From a virus (lineage: Duplodnaviria; Caudoviricetes), in the IMG/VR virus record IMGVR_UViG_3300032342_000012, positions 1-52,508 of that record: a DNA stretch of 52,508 nt; one strand, 5' to 3'. This document shows, one piece after another, positions 39,286 through 47,015 of this stretch. Both the position numbers and the translations under genes were made by a program. Each line of letters opens with the position of its first letter. The first letter of the stretch is position 1. Under the pieces are notes generated by a model that saw nothing but the letters and a program-made list of their open reading frames with translations, made no database searches and was not told where the DNA came from.

Positions 39286-40083
39286 TTACGATTCGGAACG
39301 TTTTCTTTGTTCCCCATAAATGTAAACTAGTTCGGCAATACTTTCTGGTTTTAATCCTTTTGTCTTTGCCACAAAATCTTGTACGAATGTATCAAGATCG
39401 TTATCAAATTCAAGTATGGGTGGTTCTTGAACTACCATTGTCATGTTGTGCTTTTTAATTAGATCAACAAGACTAATCGGAGTGTAATTAAGTTGTTCCA
39501 CACTCACATTGACAACACGATCGAGACCGGTATTAATAGTGTGTGTATGTCCGTGAATGCTGTAGAACCCATCAGGCAAATATGCACGACAAGGATAGTG
39601 CATAAGAATCCAGTTATTAAATAAGTAGATGCTGTGGATCTCATCGAATTCCATGTTCTTTAGTTTGCCCTTACGATCAAGATCGTGGTTACCAAAGACA
39701 AGAATCTTATATCCATTCAGTCTACCTAGCACCTCATTTGTCTTTTCTGTTCCCGTAAACGATACGTCACCAAGCCAAAATATGACATCATCTACACCAA
39801 CAACACTGTTGTAGTTAGCAATCATCTTTTCGGTCATCTCGGTAACATCTGCAAATGGACGATTGCTGTACTTGATGATGTTGTTATGATAAAAGTGTTG
39901 ATCAGACCAAAACCAAATCTTTGATGGTTCTGTATACTCTATAACACGCTTATCCGTCTTGTAGATTGGTGTATGATTATACCAAACTTTTGCATCTGAT
40001 GAACGAATTTGTGGGCGACCGCTGGGATCGTTTGCAGAGAAATTTCTCTGTTGTATTTCTTGTAAGTCAATATCAATGTACAT
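39286..40083 (-). CDS. Calcineurin-like metallophosphoesterase
   Basis: SDQHFYH, LGDV, GNHD, MHYP, HGHTH, NVSVE; start placed at ATG 40083. Confidence 0.9.
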   Translation of the reverse strand: MYIDIDLQEIQQRNFSANDPSGRPQIRSSDAKVWYNHTPIYKTDKRVIEYTEPSKIWFWSDQHFYHNNIIKYSNRPFADVTEMTEKMIANYNSVVGVDDVIFWLGDVSFTGTEKTNEVLGRLNGYKILVFGNHDLDRKGKLKNMEFDEIHSIYLFNNWILMHYPCRAYLPDGFYSIHGHTHTINTGLDRVVNVSVEQLNYTPISLVDLIKKHNMTMVVQEPPILEFDNDLDTFVQDFVAKTKGLKPESIAELVYIYGEQRKRSES

Positions 40084-40093
40084 ATTTTTCTTC

Positions 40094-40447
40094 TTATATT
40101 TCTCTTGTTTCAAATGATTTGTCCCACTCACGATAATCTTCTGTAAGTTCTTCACCGTATGCAATGTTTGTTAATACAATACCATTCTTTATGTTTGGTG
40201 TTACACTATGGTTTATGAATCTGTCATTATCAAGTGGGAGATGCCAACAATCATCTTCTACGTTATAGTAAGCGTGATGGCGCAAAAACTTTTGGATCCT
40301 TAGATCTAACGTATCCAACGTATCTGATCGATAAATTGACTCAAACCCAGGGACCCAAACAGTTTCACCTTCTTTAATTGGTTCATCAGCAAATACACCA
40401 ATTCCATGAATTGTACTAACACCTAGAAATGTTTTTTTGACTAACAT
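40094..40447 (-). CDS. SET-domain protein (putative protein-lysine methyltransferase)
   Basis: IHGIGVFA..I..GE, RFINHS..PN, GEELTEDY. Confidence 0.88.
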   Translation of the reverse strand: MLVKKTFLGVSTIHGIGVFADEPIKEGETVWVPGFESIYRSDTLDTLDLRIQKFLRHHAYYNVEDDCWHLPLDNDRFINHSVTPNIKNGIVLTNIAYGEELTEDYREWDKSFETREI

Positions 40448-40854
40448 TTTTCGATGACTTTCGTTTTTGGTTTATGGCCGTACTTAAGAAGATTGTTAAA
40501 TGTCTTTGTTAGACTGTTGAGAACCCAATCGGTATCTGGTTCCCAGAACGAATGCCCATCAAGCCAAAAAGGCCAGTACCAATACTTAACACAAAATTGA
40601 AATCTGATGCCTAGATCGTCCAAACGTTTAATTAGTCTATATTTAACCCCATTGTCACCAGTACCTTCAAGTAAAATTCTACTATTATCACTGTGGAGTT
40701 TTTTTAGTCTTGTAGCCTCACACATATCTTTAACGAACTTTCGTGCTTCCTTTTCTGTCGAAACGAAGCCAATACGAGTAAACTGTCCTTTACCTATAAA
40801 GTAACTTTTCCTTTGGATTGCTTCATTGTTACTTTCTTCTGCATAATATGTCAT
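40441..40854 (-). CDS. Hypothetical protein
   Basis: 137 aa; ATGA overlap with the topoisomerase stop; GGAG RBS. Confidence 0.6.
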   Translation of the reverse strand: MTYYAEESNNEAIQRKSYFIGKGQFTRIGFVSTEKEARKFVKDMCEATRLKKLHSDNSRILLEGTGDNGVKYRLIKRLDDLGIRFQFCVKYWYWPFWLDGHSFWEPDTDWVLNSLTKTFNNLLKYGHKPKTKVIEKC

Positions 40855-42743
40855 TGATTATTCTCCATTAACCATAGTTTTCGTGCATCAGCACTTGGTC
40901 CAAATAATAATTCCAATACTCCTTCTATTTTACTATCATCCAAAATAGAGATCAACGTATCAGAATTCTGGTCGTTGAGAATGATTTCCCAATCAACCCT
41001 CTGCATCGAACCGAGTCCCTTTAAATATTCAATAGACCAATTCTTATACTTTTCCTTTTGTTGTTCGTATTTTGTTCTTGATGCAAAGTGAATTCGTTGT
41101 TTGTTTTTTGATGCAACAACATTTGGAGCAAGAAGTCTATGAACAAATGCAGGCTTCTTTGGATCGAACAACTCGGGCCAGAAACAATAGAATAAACAAA
41201 CAAGAGTCGTGAATATATCAGCACCATCATAATCTGCGTCAGTTGCAATAATGACCTTTCCAAATCTCAACTGTTCACGAATTGCTGGTTGTCCTGGTGT
41301 AAGTCCGATTGATGCGAGTAGATCTGTAAGTTTGCCCATCTTTAAAACTTGAGCTACTGTTGACCCATAGACGTTGTTAATTTTCCCACCAAGTGGGAAT
41401 GAAGCATCAGTATTTGGATTTCGTACCTCAACAAGAGAACTAGATGCTGATAAACCTTCTGTAACAAATAGTCTACATTGTGATCTTGGAATTCCTCTTC
41501 CAACTGCATCAAGAAGACCAATGGCCTTCTTCCTCATTTGTTTCTTGTGTTTGTTTATTGCTTCGCTGTTTTTATTAGTGTGATGACGAACTGCTGCTTC
41601 TTGAATTACAGCATCAATCCATGGTTTGAACTTCTTTGCAAAGTCCTTCCACTTGGTGTCAATCATCTCATCAAAATCCTTACGAAGTGTTGGACCTGTG
41701 AGTCTTGTCTTTGCTTGTGAGTCATATTGCGGATTTGAGATCTTTAGGATGCCAAACACTAAGAGACCTTTTCGAATGTCGTTCTTATTAACCTCACAAC
41801 CAAGCTTCTTTGCTTGAGGTTGAATTGCTGTTAGTGCTTTATCGCAGAACGCATTAACGAATTGTGTGTTACAGATACCACCGTCAAATAGATACGAACT
41901 ATTAACCCAAGTGAACACTCGTTCATCTAGAGACTCATGAGCTACTGGGACAACATACCACTCTATGCCTTTTGTTTCAAATTTGTAATAGTTTCCAAGA
42001 TCCAGAGATGAGATGATGTCATCAAATCCTCTTCTAAACCTATATTCCTGTCCAGCATTGTAGCATACTGTAACAGTTGGATTATTGAACGCAATCTCTT
42101 TTGCCCTAGCATCGAGCATCGATTCGGGTAATGTAATATCTTTGAAAACTGTTGGATCAAGAACAAATTCTACTTTTGTTCCTGTTGAATTGTCTGGATT
42201 TGATTTCGTGACTGGTTTGCTGACACTTTCGCCACCATTTGAAAACACTTGATGATACTGTTGACCGTCTCTTTTGATATCAACCTTAAACTCAAGGCTA
42301 CAAAAATTAGTACATGCTGCTCCAACTCCATTCATTCCAATAACACCAGCCTCTCGATCATTTGAGAAGTTTCTACCAGACCGAAGATGACCAAAAACAA
42401 TCTCTGGTGTTGGTACTCCTGTTTCATGTTTTCCTATTGGAACACCACGACCAGTGTCGGATATCATATAGAACCCATTTTGAGGATTTGCAAAGATTTC
42501 CAGTCTTTTTATTGGATTTATAGTCTGTGCAAACTCGTCTATTGAGTTGTCGATAATCTCACCAATAGCCTTATAAACTGCAGGAATGAAACGAACGCGT
42601 TCAGTTTTGAACCCTTCGTTTGTGAATCTTGGGACGAGATAGTCTGTTGGTTCAGTACTACCGAGATAAACCGCTGTCCTTAGACGAACGTGTTCTCGGT
42701 CTGATAATGCCTTAATGTCCTTTTCTGTGTACGCTTTTTCCAT
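40851..42743 (-). CDS. Type IIA topoisomerase, ATPase/TOPRIM subunit (GyrB/ParE; T4 gp39+gp60 equivalent)
   Basis: EIIDNSIDE, DTGRGVP, GMNGVG, TEGLSA, PLGGK, TDADYDG, KGLGS; start placed at MEKAY. Confidence 0.93.
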   Translation of the reverse strand: MEKAYTEKDIKALSDREHVRLRTAVYLGSTEPTDYLVPRFTNEGFKTERVRFIPAVYKAIGEIIDNSIDEFAQTINPIKRLEIFANPQNGFYMISDTGRGVPIGKHETGVPTPEIVFGHLRSGRNFSNDREAGVIGMNGVGAACTNFCSLEFKVDIKRDGQQYHQVFSNGGESVSKPVTKSNPDNSTGTKVEFVLDPTVFKDITLPESMLDARAKEIAFNNPTVTVCYNAGQEYRFRRGFDDIISSLDLGNYYKFETKGIEWYVVPVAHESLDERVFTWVNSSYLFDGGICNTQFVNAFCDKALTAIQPQAKKLGCEVNKNDIRKGLLVFGILKISNPQYDSQAKTRLTGPTLRKDFDEMIDTKWKDFAKKFKPWIDAVIQEAAVRHHTNKNSEAINKHKKQMRKKAIGLLDAVGRGIPRSQCRLFVTEGLSASSSLVEVRNPNTDASFPLGGKINNVYGSTVAQVLKMGKLTDLLASIGLTPGQPAIREQLRFGKVIIATDADYDGADIFTTLVCLFYCFWPELFDPKKPAFVHRLLAPNVVASKNKQRIHFASRTKYEQQKEKYKNWSIEYLKGLGSMQRVDWEIILNDQNSDTLISILDDSKIEGVLELLFGPSADARKLWLMENNQ

Positions 42744-43743
42744 TGTTGTTTCCCTTACTTTTTTCACAGTACAATTCTATAGCAATACGTGCCTCAAACC
42801 CAGTCATGGTTCTCTCGACAATTGATTGCAAAACATATATTGTTCCATACTTCGCAATTGCGTCACTTATATCCTTGCAACCACCAACGTCAGCGATTGA
42901 TACAGACCATCCATTATCGAGTCCTTGATAGGCCATCTTATGACCATCACCACGACGATCAGGAATAACCACCTTTGGACGTTTTGATCTTGCTAAGACC
43001 TGTATCTGTTCTTTTGTGAGAACATTACTAAGTGTCGCAATTCCTCTGATGTGAAACGCATCAAAGAACCCTTCCACTATATAGAGTGGTTCGTCGGTGT
43101 TGCGTTCAATCTCATCGTAACCATAGAAGATCTTTTGTCTTCCGACAACATCTGTGTTCTTGTACTTGATTCTTTTTGGATCACCAGTTAGATCTCGACC
43201 CTGATAGAAGATCAGTCTTTGGTGATGATAAAATGGAATTATTAATCTATCGAGCCATCCCTTACAACCATCAGATTGATCATTATGTGCAACATAGAAA
43301 GGATAGTCTGATAATTTAATCTGCCGTCGGTCTAGTTCGTCGATAATTCTTCGATCATCTGTGTGGTCAAGTGGAACGAAGAAAGATGGTAGAGGTATCT
43401 CTTTTGGTACAAGGAGATTCTCTGTTTTTGTTTTTGGTTTCTTTGGTTGTTGTTTATTCTTATGAGCCTCAAAAACAATTCGATTATAGTCCTGTTCTGG
43501 AACACTAAACGCATTGAGGACAGCCTTCATCTTATCTGATAATCCCTGACCATCAAATACAGCCCGAGTATTACAGTTAAAGCAGTTATATGCTACACTG
43601 TTGTGATCAAATAAAAATCCACCTCTTCGTTTATGTTCATGGTCGTTACATACTAAACAACGAACAGTATGCCACCCTGATGGTGTTGGATTTCCTAAAA
43701 CGACATGTTCTCTAATAATGTCTTCAAGAGTCATCGTCGACAA
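42712..43743 (-). CDS. DNA primase (Zn-finger plus TOPRIM, T4 gp61-like)
   Basis: CLVC...CFNC, YQGR, VEGFFDA, PDRRGDG, KDISDA. Confidence 0.88.
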   Translation of the reverse strand: MSTMTLEDIIREHVVLGNPTPSGWHTVRCLVCNDHEHKRRGGFLFDHNSVAYNCFNCNTRAVFDGQGLSDKMKAVLNAFSVPEQDYNRIVFEAHKNKQQPKKPKTKTENLLVPKEIPLPSFFVPLDHTDDRRIIDELDRRQIKLSDYPFYVAHNDQSDGCKGWLDRLIIPFYHHQRLIFYQGRDLTGDPKRIKYKNTDVVGRQKIFYGYDEIERNTDEPLYIVEGFFDAFHIRGIATLSNVLTKEQIQVLARSKRPKVVIPDRRGDGHKMAYQGLDNGWSVSIADVGGCKDISDAIAKYGTIYVLQSIVERTMTGFEARIAIELYCEKSKGNNNGKSVHRKGH

Positions 43744-44366
43744 TCAAACCACTCGAAGAATTGTTGACGGTTACTTTCGGTGGGATTAATATATGAAAAT
43801 CCACATTTCGGATGCAATGACTCTTCAATTGAAAGAATTGGATCTGAGATAATTGTGAGAACTGTTTTGCAGGCACCAACATTACCATCAATGACGAAGA
43901 ATGGTTGTTCGAGATTGAAGAATAGTTCTAGGTTCTTCCGATCAATTTCTTTTGCTTCTTCTTCGTTTTCGACACGTCCCTTTTGGGTATATTGTTTTAC
44001 ACGACGGATGAAAATGTTAATGTTTGTGTATGAGTTAAACACTTCGTTTATGAAAGGTAGAAAAGAAGGAAAGTAATCGTGTGGTGCATAAAGATGTGCG
44101 AACAATAGTGGACTATCCGTGATACAATATTTGACACCATATTGGACAAGACGTCTCAGACGATGGTGTTGTTTTGCAGAGATATAGTCCTGCTCTGTAA
44201 ACATATGTGTTCGCTTTTGATACACTAGGTCTTTAGCAAACTCAGTGACAAGTTCAACATCATATAGTTTCATTTTCATTAGATGAAAGGTACCCGCTGC
44301 GGTTGTAGATTTACCGCTACCAGGACCTCCATAGAGATTGATGACAGTGAGGTCTTTATTGTCCAT
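43731..44366 (-). CDS. P-loop NTPase/kinase (AAA_28/NadR-like)
   Basis: VINLYGGPGSGKST, ELVTEFAK, ITDSPL, GR. Confidence 0.75.
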   Translation of the reverse strand: MDNKDLTVINLYGGPGSGKSTTAAGTFHLMKMKLYDVELVTEFAKDLVYQKRTHMFTEQDYISAKQHHRLRRLVQYGVKYCITDSPLLFAHLYAPHDYFPSFLPFINEVFNSYTNINIFIRRVKQYTQKGRVENEEEAKEIDRKNLELFFNLEQPFFVIDGNVGACKTVLTIISDPILSIEESLHPKCGFSYINPTESNRQQFFEWFDCRR

Positions 44367-44398
44367 ATTTCCCTCCGTGTTATTGTTAATGTAAGCAT

Positions 44399-44427
44399 AT
44401 CTTACACGAAGTAAATAGGGAAATCAA
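44399..44427 (-). promoter_or_regulatory. sigma70-type promoter for the kinase-primase-topoisomerase operon
   Basis: TTGATT-17 bp-TAAGAT. Confidence 0.55.
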
Positions 44428-44431
44428 CGAG

Positions 44432-45091
44432 TTACTTAATCTTTCCTGTCTTCTTTGCTGCCTTTGCCTTCTCTTCCTGAACTTCTGGATTCGAGAACAT
44501 CTTTTTTAGACGCTTACGAACTTCATCAGAATCCATCCAAATATCCGTGCCACGAAGGACCGCATCTACTTCCTCCTGTGCAAGGAACGGCATTGCAATC
44601 TTCTTCATCAACTTTGCGAACCATTTATTCGTTGCATCAAGTTCAGCCTGTTGTTCATGTCCCTTTCCAACTACACCACCAGTATAGTGATGAAACATCA
44701 TTAGGCAGTTTTCGTGAACTTGTAGTTCGTCACCAGAAAGAAAGATTAAAGTACCAAGAGAATAGGCTTTCGCTTCAAGAATCGTTACGACGTGAGCGTT
44801 TGTGGCTCTCATTGCGTTTATGATGTGCATTCCTGTATCGAGCCGTCCACCTGAGGTATTGAGGTGAATATACACTACATCGTTTTCTGTTGCTGTTAGA
44901 ATTTTTGAGATCATTTCGACGTAGTCGCTAGGATCTCCAATCTCATCCATAACGAAGAAATGGTACTGCTTTAATATTGTTGACCTTTCTAATGTTTTAT
45001 AGGCTGTAGTAGAGTGTTCTTCTTCTTCTTTTCTTTTGTTCTTGGTTGATTTTGCGTTATAGGACACTACTGTTTGTTTTTGTTCGTCCAT
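44432..45091 (-). CDS. clpP: ClpP-like serine protease proteolytic subunit
   Basis: HLNTSGG, AYSLG (catalytic Ser), MFHH (His), TDIWMD (Asp); AAGGA RBS. Confidence 0.85.
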   Translation of the reverse strand: MDEQKQTVVSYNAKSTKNKRKEEEEHSTTAYKTLERSTILKQYHFFVMDEIGDPSDYVEMISKILTATENDVVYIHLNTSGGRLDTGMHIINAMRATNAHVVTILEAKAYSLGTLIFLSGDELQVHENCLMMFHHYTGGVVGKGHEQQAELDATNKWFAKLMKKIAMPFLAQEEVDAVLRGTDIWMDSDEVRKRLKKMFSNPEVQEEKAKAAKKTGKIK

Positions 45092-45120
45092 TATACGTCC
45101 TTTTATTATTATTGAAGAAC

Positions 45121-45400
45121 TGTGCAGCGGAATTGGGTAACAAGGCTCCGCTGCAAACCCCGTTGAGGCTTAGGCCGCTAGGCCAAGTTCCTCAAAATAG
45201 AATGCGTCATTTGCATTTACTCGTTTTATGCTGTTTACGACAGTCATCTCTCGGGTTGCGTAATAGCCTATTTACCGTCAATCGATACCATTGCAGGCCC
45301 ATCAGAAACACTCTCACAGAAAGAGCTGTTGGTGGACCTGTCCGGAGTCGAACCGGAGTCTTGCTCGGCCTTACTACTACAACGTTTACAACCATTCTTA
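45121..45400 (-). ncRNA. ssrA: tmRNA, circularly permuted (two-piece) gene
   Basis: On the - strand the acceptor piece ends in T-arm TCCGG-TTCGACT-CCGGA plus CAGGTCC-A-CCA (3' end at 45330). A 29-nt intervening segment follows, then the coding piece starting GGGCCTG at 45300 (7-bp acceptor stem with G3.U70), the tag frame and a terminal hairpin (45123-45155). Outer boundaries are approximate. Confidence 0.93.
45170..45214 (-). other. tmRNA tag reading frame ANDAFYFEELGLAA*
   Basis: GCA AAT GAC GCA TTC TAT TTT GAG GAA CTT GGC CTA GCG GCC TAA, preceded by GAGTAAAT; the stop lies in a TTGAGG/CCTCAA-closed hairpin. Confidence 0.9.
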
Positions 45401-45403
45401 ATG

Positions 45404-45438
45404 TATTTATTTTACTTCAAACTTTTACAGAAAGTCAA
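45404..45438 (-). promoter_or_regulatory. Overlapping sigma70-type and late-type promoter for the tmRNA (and possibly clpP)
   Basis: TTGACT-18 bp-TAAAAT (45438-45409), continuing into TAAATA (45409-45404). Confidence 0.6.
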
Positions 45439-45499
45439 CAACTAAAAGGTTACTAGTAATAGTCACGTAACGCTCAGGTTACATAAACACAAACAAATT

Positions 45500-45515
45500 G
45501 GGCACTTTGGTGCCC
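45500..45515 (-). terminator. Intrinsic terminator-like hairpin after DHFR
   Basis: GGGCAC-CAAA-GTGCCC followed by AATTTGTTTG on the - strand. Confidence 0.6.
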
Positions 45516-45516
45516 T

Positions 45517-46083
45517 TTACTTCCTCACATAATGTACGAAGTACAACTCGTCAGTTTCTTTACCATCCTTAATCGCGAAGTGCCGTGTAAGAATTTGGGT
45601 TGGGAAGATCTTATCGCAATTAAAATAGTGTTTTACTATAGTTAAATAGACGTTTTTAACTCTCGAAAAACTTTCAATAAACAGCTTTTGGCCCCCGAGA
45701 ATGAACACAGTCTTTCCCTGTACTTGTTCATCTTGTAGAACCTTAATTAGTTCGTCTTTCTTTATTGCTCCAATTGGTTCAAATTCTGGATTTCTCGATA
45801 GGACATAACTTGTCCTGTTTGAAAGAAGTGGTTCATTACTAGTAATGGCCATCACAGGACTATTTTCAACCGTTCTGGTCCTCTGGTGCTTCATTACTAG
45901 TATTTCTTCATATGTGTGCCTACCCATAACAACAACGTGACCTTTCGTGAGCTGTTGGAACTGTTTCAGGTCTTCTTTGGCATAAGGTTCCCCCTTCCAA
46001 GGAATTTGGTAGTCCTTAGCAAACCCTCCTGCAAGATCGACTGCAACTATAATTGATACATCATCGTTTGTTAAGTTATTCAT
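45517..46083 (-). CDS. folA: Dihydrofolate reductase
   Basis: IIVAVD, IPW, EDLKQF, VVMGRHTYE, LSNR, ILGG, CDKIFP. Confidence 0.9.
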   Translation of the reverse strand: MNNLTNDDVSIIVAVDLAGGFAKDYQIPWKGEPYAKEDLKQFQQLTKGHVVVMGRHTYEEILVMKHQRTRTVENSPVMAITSNEPLLSNRTSYVLSRNPEFEPIGAIKKDELIKVLQDEQVQGKTVFILGGQKLFIESFSRVKNVYLTIVKHYFNCDKIFPTQILTRHFAIKDGKETDELYFVHYVRK

Positions 46084-46159
46084 CAATAAGTTCTTTTTCT
46101 AGTTGTTGTATTAGTTCTTCCGTTAACCCCTCTGGTATAGTTTCTATTTCAAGTTTCAT
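46076..46159 (-). CDS. 27-aa acidic micro-ORF (MKLEIETIPEGLTEELIQQLEKELIDE), absent from the ORF track
   Basis: Exactly fills the gap, overlapping the Acb1-like stop (11 bp) and the DHFR start (8 bp). Confidence 0.5.
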   Translation of the reverse strand: MKLEIETIPEGLTEELIQQLEKELIDE

Positions 46160-46649
46160 TATTGACCCAGTTAATTTTTAAGTCATTGTGATATTCACAA
46201 TCAAACACAAGTTCAAAGTCGATTATCTGTAATTGAGACGAATTGAGCTCACCAACATCATACGACAAAGTTACATGTGGAATGTATATGTCGTGTTCAT
46301 TAGTCGCCCTGTGCTCACTGAGCAGGAATTGATGGCGAGCAACAATTTTAGGACTTTGGAGTCTAACGACTAGACAATTGGTCTGAGGACCAGTTTGGTT
46401 TGTGGTAGAGGTTTTCCATATAGTGAATCGTTCGGGTATACATAGGTATGGCTCCTCTAATTGACCTGCTGGTACATAATCGGGAAGATATTTCCGACTG
46501 CATAGCAGTGTTACGTGAAAGGTTTCCTGTTTGGTGGGATTAGGAATTTCATTCTTAATACACCACTGTACAAGTTGTCGTGCTGTGTCCTTTGCTGCCC
46601 GTAGTCCTACAAACGTTCCTTTTTCTTGTTTTGGATCTTTTTGCTCCAT
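46149..46649 (-). CDS. acb1: 2H phosphodiesterase, Acb1/T4 gp57B-like (putative anti-CBASS nuclease)
   Basis: KGTFVG, IPNP, FHVTLLCSR, YIPHVTLSYD, C-terminal DLKINW. Confidence 0.8.
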   Translation of the reverse strand: MEQKDPKQEKGTFVGLRAAKDTARQLVQWCIKNEIPNPTKQETFHVTLLCSRKYLPDYVPAGQLEEPYLCIPERFTIWKTSTTNQTGPQTNCLVVRLQSPKIVARHQFLLSEHRATNEHDIYIPHVTLSYDVGELNSSQLQIIDFELVFDCEYHNDLKINWVNNET

Positions 46650-46668
46650 TATTGTTGTTTCGTTTTCC

Positions 46669-47013
46669 TCATATTAGTTCTACTGCATCTATGTTATATG
46701 CAATATCTTTTGAGTACATACGACGAAACTGATTGGCATCAACTTTAAGTTCGAGAGTTTCTACGAAGGCAGATTCGTCGTTATTCTTCTTTGTGACGAA
46801 CTCTTCGTAAATGGCCGGAGTTGGAAATGGATTTTTTTTAATCCATTGGATTCGGAACTCATGGAGTAATTCCATTAATCGATTGTGTTCCTCATTTGCT
46901 TCCTCAAGTTCTACAATCCTTTGTTCTAATTTTTCTGGGTCTGTTGATGCAAGTATGGGAACCTCACGATAATCGTCAAAGTCACCAGAACATTCCATTA
47001 GTAGGTAGATCAT
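46669..47013 (-). CDS. Hypothetical protein
   Basis: 114 aa; GGAG RBS. Confidence 0.65.
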   Translation of the reverse strand: MIYLLMECSGDFDDYREVPILASTDPEKLEQRIVELEEANEEHNRLMELLHEFRIQWIKKNPFPTPAIYEEFVTKKNNDESAFVETLELKVDANQFRRMYSKDIAYNIDAVELI

Positions 47014-47015
47014 TG

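Noticed and set aside
45330-45400. Stand-alone tRNA-Ala
   Set aside because: Only the T-arm and 3' acceptor strand are present; the matching 5' strand lies downstream at 45300 and is followed by a tag frame, so this is a permuted tmRNA.
45046-45456. ORFs 45046..45456(+) and 45207..45395(-)
   Set aside because: They overlap the tmRNA and show no RBS or recognisable motif.
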